Part shown: in pieces, positions 47,024 to 57,017 of the stretch
Numbering within the stretch: position 1 is the stretch's first letter
How the letters are laid out: each line of letters begins with the position of its first letter
Virus record (IMG/VR): IMGVR_UViG_3300031566_000011
Location: 17,625-81,624 of that record
Origin: a virus
Lineage: Duplodnaviria > Heunggongvirae > Uroviricota > Caudoviricetes
DNA: 64,000 nt
Strand: one strand, 5' to 3'
Made by a program: the position numbers and the translations under genes
Notes under the pieces: generated by a model
What the model saw: the letters and a program-made list of their open reading frames with translations, nothing else
What the model was told of the DNA's origin: nothing
Database searches by the model: none

Positions 47024-47224
47024 TTGCTTTTTAACCAGAAATGTAGTATATTTAAGGAGTGGAATATGAAAGTCATAAAGGTAACGAAAGAGTATTTCCA
47101 GACGGAAGACGAGAAAGTTTACTTCTTCGAGCCTTTGGAAAATGAAATATCCGTTGAGGATATGCAGAAGATTGTTGATGCAAACGAAAAGCTAGTTAAG
47201 GATTTGAAAGATGGAAGTAAATAA
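47024..47224 (+). CDS. hypothetical small protein
   Basis: 66-aa ORF with RBS AAGGAG. Overlaps the start of the following methylase gene. Confidence 0.25.
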   Translation: MLFNQKCSIFKEWNMKVIKVTKEYFQTEDEKVYFFEPLENEISVEDMQKIVDANEKLVKDLKDGSK

Positions 47225-47972
47225 AATCTACTGTGAAAACTGCATTGATACTATGTCAAAAATGCCAGATGGTTTTGTTGATGTAATAGTAACAAGTCCA
47301 CCTTATGACGGATTACGAACCTATAATGGATATTCATTTCCATTTAAGGATATTGCAAAAGAATTATTTAGGGTAACAAAAGATGGCGGCGTGGTTGTTT
47401 GGATTGTTAGCGATGCAACTGTAAAAGGTAGTGAAAGTGGAACAAGTTTTAGACAAGCATTATACTTTAAAGAGATTGGATTTAATTTGCACGATACAAT
47501 GATGTATAAAAAGATAAACTATATTCCATTAACACATAATAGGTATGAGCAGGAGTTTGAATATATGTTCGTTTTTAGCAAAGGGAAGCCTAAAACCTTT
47601 AAACCTATAATGGTTGAGTGTAAAACAAAAGGAAGGAAAACAAATGGTAGAACATTTTATCAAACAAATAGCCAAAATACGCCAACAAAAGGACATAAAA
47701 ACGATGCAGTAAAAAAATATAAGCAAAAGGGAAATGTTTGGGAAGTACCTACTAATGCAGGGACAAAAGGACATCCTGCACAATTTCCAGAACAATTAGC
47801 AAACGACCATATCCTTTCTTGGAGCAATTATGGAGATTTAGTTTATGACCCATTTATGGGCAGTGGAACAACTGCAAAGATGGCTATCCTAAACAAACGA
47901 AATTATATCGGTAGCGAAATATCAAAAGAATACTGTGAAATTGCAGAGAAGAGAATAAATGAAAATATATAA
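47211..47972 (+). CDS. DNA methyltransferase (N6-adenine/N4-cytosine, beta class)
   Basis: SPPY (…VDVIVTSPPYDG…), HPAQFP, DPFMGSGTT motifs in beta-class order. 253 aa. Confidence 0.7.
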   Translation: MEVNKIYCENCIDTMSKMPDGFVDVIVTSPPYDGLRTYNGYSFPFKDIAKELFRVTKDGGVVVWIVSDATVKGSESGTSFRQALYFKEIGFNLHDTMMYKKINYIPLTHNRYEQEFEYMFVFSKGKPKTFKPIMVECKTKGRKTNGRTFYQTNSQNTPTKGHKNDAVKKYKQKGNVWEVPTNAGTKGHPAQFPEQLANDHILSWSNYGDLVYDPFMGSGTTAKMAILNKRNYIGSEISKEYCEIAEKRINENI

Positions 47973-48576
47973 AATCACAGAAGCAAGCGAATATTTGGGA
48001 GTGTCAATCAATACACTAAAGACACTTGCCAACAACGGAAAGATAAAGTCTTTCAAGACTACTGGAGAGCATAGGCGTTTTCGTAAAGATGATTTAGACG
48101 CTTATATGGGTGTCTAGAGAGAGAAGCAAGAAAAGTTGACTGTGATTTATGCCAGATGTTCTACAGCCAAGCAGAAAGAAAATCTTGAACGCCAGAAAGA
48201 TAGACTAAGAAAGTATGCTGAAAATAAAGGATATAAATTTATCCTGATTGATGAGATTGCGAGTGGGATAAACGAGAAACGAAAAGGCATACACAAACTT
48301 ATTAAGTTATGTTTTGATGGTAAAGTTGAACGCATCCTGATTGAGTATAAAGATAGACTTGCAAGATTTGGATATGAATATCTTGATGCTATTTTCAAGA
48401 ATTTGGAAATCACGGTTGAAGTCGTTGAGACAAAAGAAAAGAGATATGAAGAAGAATTAGCAGAGGATATTATGAAAATTCTTACCTGTTATTCCGCTCG
48501 TTTTTACGGAAGAAGGGGCGGTAGAAAGAAGAAAAATACGGTTGAAAATGAGCCCGACGAATCTAATGGAATTTAA
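47959..48576 (+). pseudogene. IS607-like TnpA serine recombinase (MerR-type HTH + resolvase catalytic domain) with in-frame TAG in linker
   Basis: MKIYKITEASEYLGVSINTLKTLANNGKIKSFKTTGEHRRFRKDDLDAYMGV-TAG-REKQEKLTVIYARCSTAKQ…. One frame, TAG at 48116-18. GC-richer patch. Confidence 0.5.
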
Positions 48577-48591
48577 AAAGGAGGTTTAGTT

Positions 48592-48771
48592 ATGGCATAT
48601 TTAATTATGTTAGCAGTTTTTGTATTAGTAATTTATTTTGGATATAAAAAAATAAACTATATGAAGGAGGATGTGCTTATTGATAAAACGGTGAAAGATT
48701 ATGATACTAGTAAAAGACAACAAAAAAAATTAAAAAAAATCATTAAAAAAACAAAAAAACAAGGAGATTAA
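48592..48771 (+). CDS. small membrane protein (possible NfeD-like partner)
   Basis: MAYLIMLAVFVLVIYFGY… single TM segment, Lys-rich tail. Immediately upstream of the SPFH gene. Confidence 0.25.
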   Translation: MAYLIMLAVFVLVIYFGYKKINYMKEDVLIDKTVKDYDTSKRQQKKLKKIIKKTKKQGD

Positions 48772-48775
48772 ATAA

Positions 48776-49966
48776 ATGCTCAATTCAACAAAAGTAAAAA
48801 TAATAGTTGTAGTTACGGCTATTTTTCTAGCTATTTTTGCAGGCAAAATTTTCGAAACAAATAATTCAGGTTACTATCTAATCAAACAAGCAGCTTTAAC
48901 TGGAAAGGTATCTGCTATCAATAGGACAGGAGTAATTTTACAGGCATTTGGTAGTATTTTCAAATATCAGTTATCAGGGATGTATCATTTTTCATCAAGC
49001 AATCTAGATGGTGGAAGCGGACAAGAATCAGACCCAATTACTGTGAGATTTAATGATGGTGGAACAGCTGATGTTTCAGGGTCTATTAAATTTAAGTTGT
49101 CATCAAATAATGATAATCAAAAAGAATTACATGAAGATTTTAAAAGTTTTAGGGCTGTTCGTGTTGATTTAATTAGACAAGTAGTTGCTGAAGCATTAAT
49201 GCAAACTGCTTCTATAATGAAAGCAGAAGAATCGTATAGTTCAAGACGTGCTGAATTTACGGCATTAGTTGAAGACCAAATTAAATATGGTATTTATGAT
49301 ACTGAATTAATAGAAAAAATTACAAAGGATGCGGAAGGTAATGATTTCATTAAAAGAAGTGTAAAAATAATATATGACAAAACTGGAAAGCCTATTATTA
49401 GAAAACCTTCACCATTTCTTAGATATAAAATTGAAATTCTTCAATTTGTAATAAAAAATCTAGACTTTGATGCTACTATAGATAACTTGATTGCTAAAAA
49501 GAAAGAATCTGAACAACAAAGAGTTGTAGCAAGAGCAAATGCGGAAAAAGCAAAACAAGATGCTATCACAGCTAAAGAAGAAGGAAATGCTGCGATTGCG
49601 GTTGCAAAAGCAAAGAAAGAAGTAGAGAAAATTGAAGCGGTTACAAATGCTATGAAAGAATATGAGGTTGCTAAATATAACACATTAAAAGCTAAAGAAG
49701 AAGCGAATGCAAGATTGGTTAAACAAAGAGCAGAAGCAACAGCTAATAGACTTCTTGTGCAAGCAGGATTAACCCCTAAAGAGAGAGCGGAGTTTGCAAG
49801 GGATACTGCTATAGGTGTTGCAAAAGCAACAGCATCTTTCCAACCAGCACCAAATGCACAAATTGTTGTATTAGGTGGAAATGGTAAGGGCGGAGCTATT
49901 AGTCCATTCGAAATGCTAAACTTAAAAGCTATGAATGATATGCTTAAAAGTAAAAAGGTTTCATAA
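48776..49966 (+). CDS. SPFH/band-7 (flotillin-like) membrane protein
   Basis: N-terminal TM segment, SPFH core (…RAVRVDLIRQVVAEALMQTA…), Ala/Lys/Glu coiled-coil repeats. 396 aa. Higher-GC codon usage. Confidence 0.55.
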   Translation: MLNSTKVKIIVVVTAIFLAIFAGKIFETNNSGYYLIKQAALTGKVSAINRTGVILQAFGSIFKYQLSGMYHFSSSNLDGGSGQESDPITVRFNDGGTADVSGSIKFKLSSNNDNQKELHEDFKSFRAVRVDLIRQVVAEALMQTASIMKAEESYSSRRAEFTALVEDQIKYGIYDTELIEKITKDAEGNDFIKRSVKIIYDKTGKPIIRKPSPFLRYKIEILQFVIKNLDFDATIDNLIAKKKESEQQRVVARANAEKAKQDAITAKEEGNAAIAVAKAKKEVEKIEAVTNAMKEYEVAKYNTLKAKEEANARLVKQRAEATANRLLVQAGLTPKERAEFARDTAIGVAKATASFQPAPNAQIVVLGGNGKGGAISPFEMLNLKAMNDMLKSKKVS

Positions 49967-49980
49967 TTAATATATTATTT

Positions 49981-50140
49981 GGATATGTGGCGAAATAGGT
50001 AGACGCTAGTTGCGGTAAGATAGAACGTCTGGAAGTGTTGAATCCGAGAGCTGTTTCATGCGAAACTTTCTAACATGTTAAAATCCAGTATCTGGATACG
50101 AATCGACTATCATGCAAGGTGCAAATCCTTGCCATATCCA
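49981..50140 (+). ncRNA. tRNA-like RNA B (about 160 nt) with about 92-nt insert in the anticodon region
   Basis: Acceptor GGATATG/CATATCC+A. D arm GCG-AAATAGGTAGA-CGC (tRNA-Leu/Tyr-like). T arm CAAGG-TGCAAAT-CCTTG. Split anticodon stem AGTTG…CGACT. Insert shares AAGATAGA…CTGGAA…TGAA motifs with RNA A. Confidence 0.35.
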
Positions 50141-50166
50141 TTATTTAATAAAAAAGGAGAAATAAA

Positions 50167-50536
50167 TATGAATATAAGTTTGATGATTTATTTAGTAGGT
50201 GCAATGCATGGAATATGTGGTATTTTTACAGTTTTAAGTCTCTTGTTCTTTATAGGATTAATTATAGGAGCTGTATGTATTGACGATAGGGAGGAACTTA
50301 ATTGGATAAATAGCTTTCATTGGTATAAAAAAATCATTATTGGATTTTTATGTTTTTTTACTATAGCCTTCATGTTGCCAAGTTCTAAAACTTTATCTGC
50401 TATGTATTTAATACCTAAAATTACATCAAATGAGCAACTTAATAAAATACCTGAAAAAGCAGTGCATATTTTAAATTTAAAATTCAATCAATGGATTGAC
50501 GAGTTAAGTCCTAATGGTGACAATAAAGATGAATAA
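50167..50536 (+). CDS. hypothetical membrane protein
   Basis: From the internal Met: MNISLMIYLVGAMHGICGIFTVLSLLFFIGLIIGAV… with two or three TM segments. Track ORF 50075-50536. Confidence 0.3.
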
Positions 50537-50670
50537 TTTTATATTGTAAAAAATATGTGTAGTTAAATGAGTAAGTTAAAAATAAAAAACAAATAAAACA
50601 ATAATTTCAATATCTAATGATACTAAAAAGATATTTGAATATATTATAAATAAATTAGAAGGGGGATAAA

Positions 50671-51120
50671 ATGTCTACCAATAACACAAAAAAAGATTCA
50701 TTAAATACACAAATTGGGGGAAACCATTATTTAAAACTTAAAATGCAACCAATAGACTTTATTGTTAAAAATAATATTCCATTCATAGAAGCAAATATAA
50801 TTAAATATATAAGTAGATATGGTAATAAAAACGGCATAGAAGACCTTAAAAAAATAAAACATTATATTGAATTATCCAAACAACTCTCAATAAAAGATTA
50901 TTCGAAGTTTGTTATTTTAGATGAAATTAGAAAAGAATCTATAAAGCATCTTATAAACAATGCAACTGAGTATTGCGATATTAATAAATTTAGTGAAAAA
51001 CAAAAATTTATTATTTTGAAAACATGTTTATCAATATTAGATATTGAAAATAAATTTATTTTATATAAGTCAATAGATATTGTTGTTAATAATTTAATAG
51101 AAGAATACAAGGAGAAGTAA
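50671..51120 (+). CDS. hypothetical protein
   Basis: 149-aa ORF with RBS GGGGGATAAA. Confidence 0.25.
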   Translation: MSTNNTKKDSLNTQIGGNHYLKLKMQPIDFIVKNNIPFIEANIIKYISRYGNKNGIEDLKKIKHYIELSKQLSIKDYSKFVILDEIRKESIKHLINNATEYCDINKFSEKQKFIILKTCLSILDIENKFILYKSIDIVVNNLIEEYKEK

Positions 51121-51123
51121 TTT

Positions 51124-51309
51124 ATGGAAAATAATATATTTATTCATCAATTTCTAGATAAATGTAAGTGTAAAAAATATTTTAAAAAAAAACTTTCAAA
51201 ATTTATAGACATTATGTTCCAAAGTGAAGATTTTAATCCATTACTGATAGAATGTATAGAATTTTTACTGAAATACTTCAACTTATCATATAAATTAGTT
51301 AAAAAATAA
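51124..51309 (+). CDS. hypothetical protein
   Basis: 61-aa ORF. Confidence 0.2.
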   Translation: MENNIFIHQFLDKCKCKKYFKKKLSKFIDIMFQSEDFNPLLIECIEFLLKYFNLSYKLVKK

Positions 51310-51311
51310 AC

Positions 51312-51662
51312 GTGAAAAATAATTATAATTTTGAAGCAGATTATATATTAAAATCACCAACAGATAATTGTTATTTAGTATATAAATATAAAAAAAAATT
51401 CATACATGGTATTTGTTTCTACAAGGAAGAGTCTCAGGAATACTATATAATAATACTAAATGACATCTTTAATCATGCTTCTTTGTCTTCAATATCAATC
51501 CCAATATCTTCATTGAATAAAAAGTATTATATAATGTTTGGCGATAAATATATACAAGACTTTTATCCAAAAATATATAATAAATTACAAAAAAAGAAAA
51601 AATTAGTATATTATAGAGATAACCAAGAGGAACAAATCTATGAAGAATATAGGAAATTTTAA
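51312..51662 (+). CDS. hypothetical protein
   Basis: 116-aa ORF. Confidence 0.2.
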   Translation: MKNNYNFEADYILKSPTDNCYLVYKYKKKFIHGICFYKEESQEYYIIILNDIFNHASLSSISIPISSLNKKYYIMFGDKYIQDFYPKIYNKLQKKKKLVYYRDNQEEQIYEEYRKF

Positions 51663-52023
51663 ATCAAAAAAAATATATTATTGTAGGCTTTGTGGTATAA
51701 AGTTTTTTAAAACAGATGTTAGTAAGAATAAAGGAAATTATTGTAGCTTAAAATGTTATTATAAATCTCATGTTGAAAAAAATCATTGTATTATATGTGG
51801 TGAGAATATAACAAATAAAATACATAATTATATTGATAAGAATTGGGATAATATAATAAAATGGGATTGGAAGAAATTTAATTATGTTGTTAATATTTTA
51901 ATGATTAAACATTTTTATTTATGTGATAATTGTTTATATAATGCAAGCATGATCGGGATACATACATCCGCTATGCGTAGACGAAGAATAAAATATTATA
52001 ATAAAAACTTGACAGAAAGTTAA
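51640..52023 (+). CDS. hypothetical Cys-rich zinc-finger protein
   Basis: CRLCG…CSLKC…CIICG…CDNC. 127 aa. Confidence 0.25.
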   Translation: MKNIGNFKSKKIYYCRLCGIKFFKTDVSKNKGNYCSLKCYYKSHVEKNHCIICGENITNKIHNYIDKNWDNIIKWDWKKFNYVVNILMIKHFYLCDNCLYNASMIGIHTSAMRRRRIKYYNKNLTES

Positions 52024-52067
52024 TATAATTATATATTCAATATAAATAAATATTTAAAGGATAATAT

Positions 52068-52805
52068 ATGAGCAAAAATGAATGTATAAAAATAAACCAT
52101 ATATATAATGATGATTGTGTTAATATAATTAAAAATATTAAAGATAATGATGTAGATTTAATAGTAACAGATCCACCTTATGGCGTAGAATATGATAATA
52201 ATAAACTTTATAATGATAGCAAAAATCATGTGTTTTCTAAAGACCATATAAATTTATGGTTAAGCGAAATGTGTAGGGTTTTAAAACAAGGTAGCCATAT
52301 TTATATCTTTATTCCTACCTTAGAGGTTGATAAGTGGGTATATAATGTTAAAAAATATTTTGAATTTAAAAATATTATCACTACACAGACATATACATCT
52401 AATAGATATTTAAAAAATAACTTCAGTTTCATTTCTCAATTTGTAATTTTTGCATCAAAAGGAAAGTCAAAACCATTAAATAAGATAGACTTTATAAAAA
52501 CATCAAACTCATGGTTGAAAGATAAGCGAAATAATAATCCCAAAGAATACACATATCAATATCCTAATTTTATACAGGATATTAGAGCAAATATTAAACC
52601 AAATAGGCAATTAAAATTACAGCATCCTAACTCAAAATCAATAGATTTATGTGAAAAATTCATATTGCTTTCTTCTAATGAAAATGATATAGTATTAGAC
52701 CCTTTTGCTGGAAGTGGGAATATATTAAAAGCTGCAAAAAATGTTAATAGGAATTATGTTGGCATAGAACAGAGTAAAGAAATATTTGATAAAATAAAAA
52801 TTTAA
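52068..52805 (+). CDS. DNA methyltransferase (beta class N6A/N4C)
   Basis: DPPYG (…VDLIVTDPPYGVEY…), HPNSKS, DPFAGSGN motifs. 245 aa. Confidence 0.65.
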   Translation: MSKNECIKINHIYNDDCVNIIKNIKDNDVDLIVTDPPYGVEYDNNKLYNDSKNHVFSKDHINLWLSEMCRVLKQGSHIYIFIPTLEVDKWVYNVKKYFEFKNIITTQTYTSNRYLKNNFSFISQFVIFASKGKSKPLNKIDFIKTSNSWLKDKRNNNPKEYTYQYPNFIQDIRANIKPNRQLKLQHPNSKSIDLCEKFILLSSNENDIVLDPFAGSGNILKAAKNVNRNYVGIEQSKEIFDKIKI

Positions 52806-52867
52806 AATAGGATATTATTAATGTTTGGAGATTTTGTAAATTTAATCCTGAAAATAAGGAGTAAAAG

Positions 52868-53056
52868 ATGGGATTAATAATGTTAATTATTATATCTGTA
52901 ATAATATTTATAGCAATAATGCTATGGTTAGATTTTATTGTTAATCCATATCATCTAAGGTTGAGGGTAAATGGTAATTCTTGTGTTGGATGGATTGGTG
53001 GTGGCTGGTTGTTTGGAAAACGATGGGCAAAAACAAATAAAAGAGTTCGGTGCTAA
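52868..53056 (+). CDS. small membrane protein
   Basis: MGLIMLIIISVIIFIAIMLWLDFIV… single TM segment. 62 aa. Confidence 0.25.
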   Translation: MGLIMLIIISVIIFIAIMLWLDFIVNPYHLRLRVNGNSCVGWIGGGWLFGKRWAKTNKRVRC

Positions 53057-53449
53057 ATTTTTGCAGGCAGACTGTGATGGTGTAAATATTGAAATTATAG
53101 AAATATGAGGTGTCTTTATGCATATGGGAAATAAAAAAACTGATTTACATTCAATCCTCAAGTTAGGATTCACAAATATAAATTCAGATACAGAAATTAG
53201 AGAAATGATAATTTGTGGAAAGAAAGATTATAAATATTCAAAAGATTTATTTTTCCAATGCGAAAAATGAATAATTTTCAATTACAATTTTTGGTTATTA
53301 TTGCATTGAAATTGACAAATAGAATTTTCAAGAGGATCTTCCCCCGTATTAAAATTCATTTAAATTTTAGCATAATTAAAATATACTATAAAAATATCTG
53401 ATATATTAAAAATTATTACAATAAACTAAAATTATATAGGGAGTAAAAT

Positions 53450-55573
53450 ATGAGTTTTGATCTTATGGGAACATTAAGCAATACTTCTCTAAATAAAAAT
53501 GAATATATTACTATTTTTGAATTATTATCTAATAGTATAGAGTCTTTTCATTTAAGAAAAAACGTTGACGAAAAAATAAATCAGTTATTTATAAATATCA
53601 CTTTATCAGAAGGAGATTTTAAAAGACATAATGATGCTCTTTTTTCTATAGAATTTCAGGATAATGGTATCGGATTTAACAAAAAAGAATGGGCAGCTTT
53701 TTGTACTCCAAATACAACGAATAAACGGTTGTTTCATTGTAAAGGAATAGGAAGAATTCAATTTTGGCATTATTTTGAAAATGTTAAAATAGACAGTAAT
53801 TATGAAGAAGAGAAAAAAAAATTAAACTTAAAAACTAACATTTTAGATAATTATACAAATGTAGATAATCTAAGCCAAATAAAAGAAATTGATCAGTCCG
53901 AAAATTTAAGCACAACAATTATTCTTTTAAACCCTAAAATTTATATCAAATATGCTGAATTTTTTCAAAATTTAAAAGGGATGATTCTTTCTATGTTTTT
54001 AGTTAAATTAGTTAGATTAAAAGATTCTAATATTGATTTTTGTATAAACATTAATAATGAAATAACCATTAAGCCTGAAGATGTTCCCATAGTTTTTAAA
54101 AATAAAGCTATTGAAGTTTTTTATAGAGATATTTATACAACAGATAGGATTGCTAAGAAAGAAAATTTTAATGTTGATATTTATAAAATTGGAAAGGATA
54201 AACTTAAATTAAGCTCAAAATATGCTAAAGGACATAGTGTTTTTTTATGTGTAAAAGATATTGCCGTAAAAAACATAATAAATGAATTTGTTAATAAAAA
54301 TGTTGTAACAGCAGATATTGATGGATTTTATTTTTTAATATTTGTTAGTGATATCCTAATAAATGAAAAAAATGGTTTTTTAGAATCAAAATTAGATGTT
54401 ACTCGATATTCTTTTAATATAAAAAAATCAATTGACGATGTTGAAAATGAGTTTGGCTTTGAAGAAGGGAGTAATGAAGTTATCGTTGAAAACGATATTG
54501 TTGAAAGTTTAGAAAAATTATTTGAAAAAGAAGAAATTTTTATATTTGATAAAAAACAAAAAGAAGAAATAATGAGAGAATTAAAAGAAAATTTTTGTAT
54601 AAATTCAGATGTTATTAAAAATTCTAATATTAGAATAAAATATGGGGAAGACCCAAAAACTGTTGCAAGTAGAATTTATAAACATTTCGCAGATAATTTA
54701 GTTAATACGTTTGATAGTGTAGTAAATATAAAAGAAGAAATAGAAAAAATAGATGTTAATCCTTTAAATGAAAATTGGCGTGAAGAAATAGAAAATAAAG
54801 CGCAAAATTTAGCGAGATTAAATAATAAAGAATATAATTTATTAACTATTTCAGAGCTAATGGAGCGTTTGTGTAAGGAAAAGCTTTTAGAAAAAGCAAT
54901 AAAAGGTGAATTAGCCTATGAAAAAAATGATAACAATAAAGATGAAAGTATAATTCACAATTTATTTTTTAAACAAAAATCTAATAGTTTAATAGAAAAA
55001 AAACATGATTTATGGATGTTCAACGAAGAATTTAATTATTTCAACTATATTTCTTCAGATAAAAACTTAAGGTCTATCGTTGACCCAGATACAAAGGACA
55101 AAATTTTTGATTTTAATGATGAAAAATATCGTAAAGTATTTAATGAGTTGGGATTATCTGAAACTTACGGGGAAAAACATCGTCCAGATATAGCACTTTT
55201 CCATGAAGGGGATTCAATTGTTTTAATTGAATTTAAAGCTCCCGAAATAAAACTTCAATATCATACAAGCCAATTAATAAATTATGCAAGAATAATGGCA
55301 AATTTTATGGCTGATAAATATAAATTAATTTATAAAAAATATTATTTATATCTTATTGGTGGAGATTATGGATTATTAGACGATAGATTTAAAATAAATA
55401 AATTAATTGATGGTAGATATTTTGATAATGGAGAAATTTTAGATTTTAATTCAAACTCTAAGATTGCATCATATTATATCGAGTTAATGAAATATGACAA
55501 TCTTGAAAGATTGGTGAAAGTTAAAAATGACTTTTTTAGAAAAAAATTATTAGGGGAAGATGAGGTAAATTAA
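53450..55573 (+). CDS. GHKL-family ATPase fused to C-terminal PD-(D/E)XK nuclease-like domain (MORC/DUF3883-like)
   Basis: N-box FELLSNSIESF and G1 box FQDNGIGF near the N-terminus. C-terminal HRPDIALFHEGDSIVLIEFKAPE is a PD…(D/E)XK motif. 707 aa. Confidence 0.55.
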   Translation: MSFDLMGTLSNTSLNKNEYITIFELLSNSIESFHLRKNVDEKINQLFINITLSEGDFKRHNDALFSIEFQDNGIGFNKKEWAAFCTPNTTNKRLFHCKGIGRIQFWHYFENVKIDSNYEEEKKKLNLKTNILDNYTNVDNLSQIKEIDQSENLSTTIILLNPKIYIKYAEFFQNLKGMILSMFLVKLVRLKDSNIDFCININNEITIKPEDVPIVFKNKAIEVFYRDIYTTDRIAKKENFNVDIYKIGKDKLKLSSKYAKGHSVFLCVKDIAVKNIINEFVNKNVVTADIDGFYFLIFVSDILINEKNGFLESKLDVTRYSFNIKKSIDDVENEFGFEEGSNEVIVENDIVESLEKLFEKEEIFIFDKKQKEEIMRELKENFCINSDVIKNSNIRIKYGEDPKTVASRIYKHFADNLVNTFDSVVNIKEEIEKIDVNPLNENWREEIENKAQNLARLNNKEYNLLTISELMERLCKEKLLEKAIKGELAYEKNDNNKDESIIHNLFFKQKSNSLIEKKHDLWMFNEEFNYFNYISSDKNLRSIVDPDTKDKIFDFNDEKYRKVFNELGLSETYGEKHRPDIALFHEGDSIVLIEFKAPEIKLQYHTSQLINYARIMANFMADKYKLIYKKYYLYLIGGDYGLLDDRFKINKLIDGRYFDNGEILDFNSNSKIASYYIELMKYDNLERLVKVKNDFFRKKLLGEDEVN

Positions 55574-55596
55574 ACTCATCATTAAAAACAAAAACT

Positions 55597-56998
55597 ATGA
55601 ACAATAAATTAAACCTAACCGATAACGAAAAACGAGACATTATAAAATATTTAGAACAAGGTAAACCTTTGCCTGAAAAATATCGTTTTTTACTTTTTGA
55701 TAGTGACCGAGAAGTTGAGCTTTTATGGAACGGCAAAACTGATGAGGTAGAAAATACAGTTCTGCCTTTTCAAACTATCGAACATATTGACGAACCACGA
55801 AGCGAAGAAAAAATCACTAATCAATTTGAACTTTTCGACTCTTCAGGAAGACAGATAAAAGGTTGGACGAATAATTCAGTCATCCTCAAAAGATGGTGAT
55901 CTTATAGCTGATTTCTTTTGTGGTTCAGGCACAACATTAGCAGTGGCGGAAAAGTTAGGCAGAAAATGGATTGGCACAGATTTAGGTAGATTTTCTATTC
56001 ACACCACAAGAAAAAGAATGATCGGAGTCCAAAGAGAACTCAAAAATAATAGTAAAAATTTTAGAGCATTTGAAATTTTAAATATTGGTAAATATGAACG
56101 AGAAAAATTTTTGACTGTGAATGAAAATCTTAGAGAAGAAGAAAAAAGAAAGCAAAGAGAAAACAAAGAAAAAGAATTTATAAAACTTATTTTATCAGCC
56201 TATAAAGCAGAGCCGATAAATTCATTTAATAATTTTGTTGGAAAAAAAAGAGATAGATTAGTGGCTGTTGGACAAATAGATACTCCTATTACAAATAATT
56301 TTTTGCAAGAAATAGTTAGTGAGTGTATGGATAAGAAAATATCAAAAGCGGATGTCTTGGGTTTTGATTATGAAATGGGGATAGATTTTGAATCAGCAAA
56401 AAAGATGGGTATAGATGTGCAGTTCAAAGTTATCCCAAGAGAAGTTTTTGATAAAAAAGCAGTAGAGAAAGGGCAAGTGAAATTTTATGATGTTGCATAT
56501 ATCGAGGTCAAGCCAATTATTCGTGGACAAGTCAATGCAAAGGAAATCGCAATTGAGCTTGTTGATTTTTCGGTTTTTTATAATCAAGACAATACAGGAG
56601 AAGTAGAACAAAAATTGAAAGCTGGCGGCAGTAAAATCATTATTGAAAATGGACAAGTTATTAAAATTTCTAAAGATAAACAAACTGATATAATTTCTAA
56701 AGAAATTTTAACAAAAAAATGGACAGATTGGATTGATTATTGGTCAGTGGATTTTAATTTTGAAAGCAAAAAAGAAATTATCCGTGTTATTGACGAAAAA
56801 ACTGGAGAAGAAAAAGAAGAATGGACGGGTAGTTATATTTTTGAAAACGAATGGCAATCGTTTAGAACAAAAAAAGATCGAACATTAGAACTTATTTCAT
56901 CTTTTAAAGAAGTTTCAAAAGGAAAGAGAAAAATTGCAATTAAAGTAATAGATATTTTTGGAAATGATACAACCAAAATAATAGAGGTTAATATATAG
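55597..56998 (+). pseudogene. Type III Mod-like adenine methyltransferase with internal out-of-frame deletion (DPPY region lost)
   Basis: ORF1 (55597-55899) has the Mod-like N-terminus …ELLWNGKTD…LPFQTIEHIDEP…KGWTNN. The other frame resumes …KDGDLIADFFCGSGTTLAVAEKLGRKWIGTDL (motif I) and a long C-terminal tail ending …IDIFGNDTTKIIEVNI. The catalytic motif IV is absent and the frames abut at about 55880-55895. Confidence 0.5.
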
Positions 56999-57017
56999 TG
57001 GTTAAAGGATTATATTT

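Noticed and set aside
55597-56998. Programmed frameshift joining the two Mod-like ORFs
   Set aside because: The catalytic DPPY/target-recognition region expected between the N-terminal LPFQT…GWTNN segment and motif I (FFCGSGTT) is entirely absent, so a frameshift would still give a protein without motif IV. An out-of-frame internal deletion fits better.
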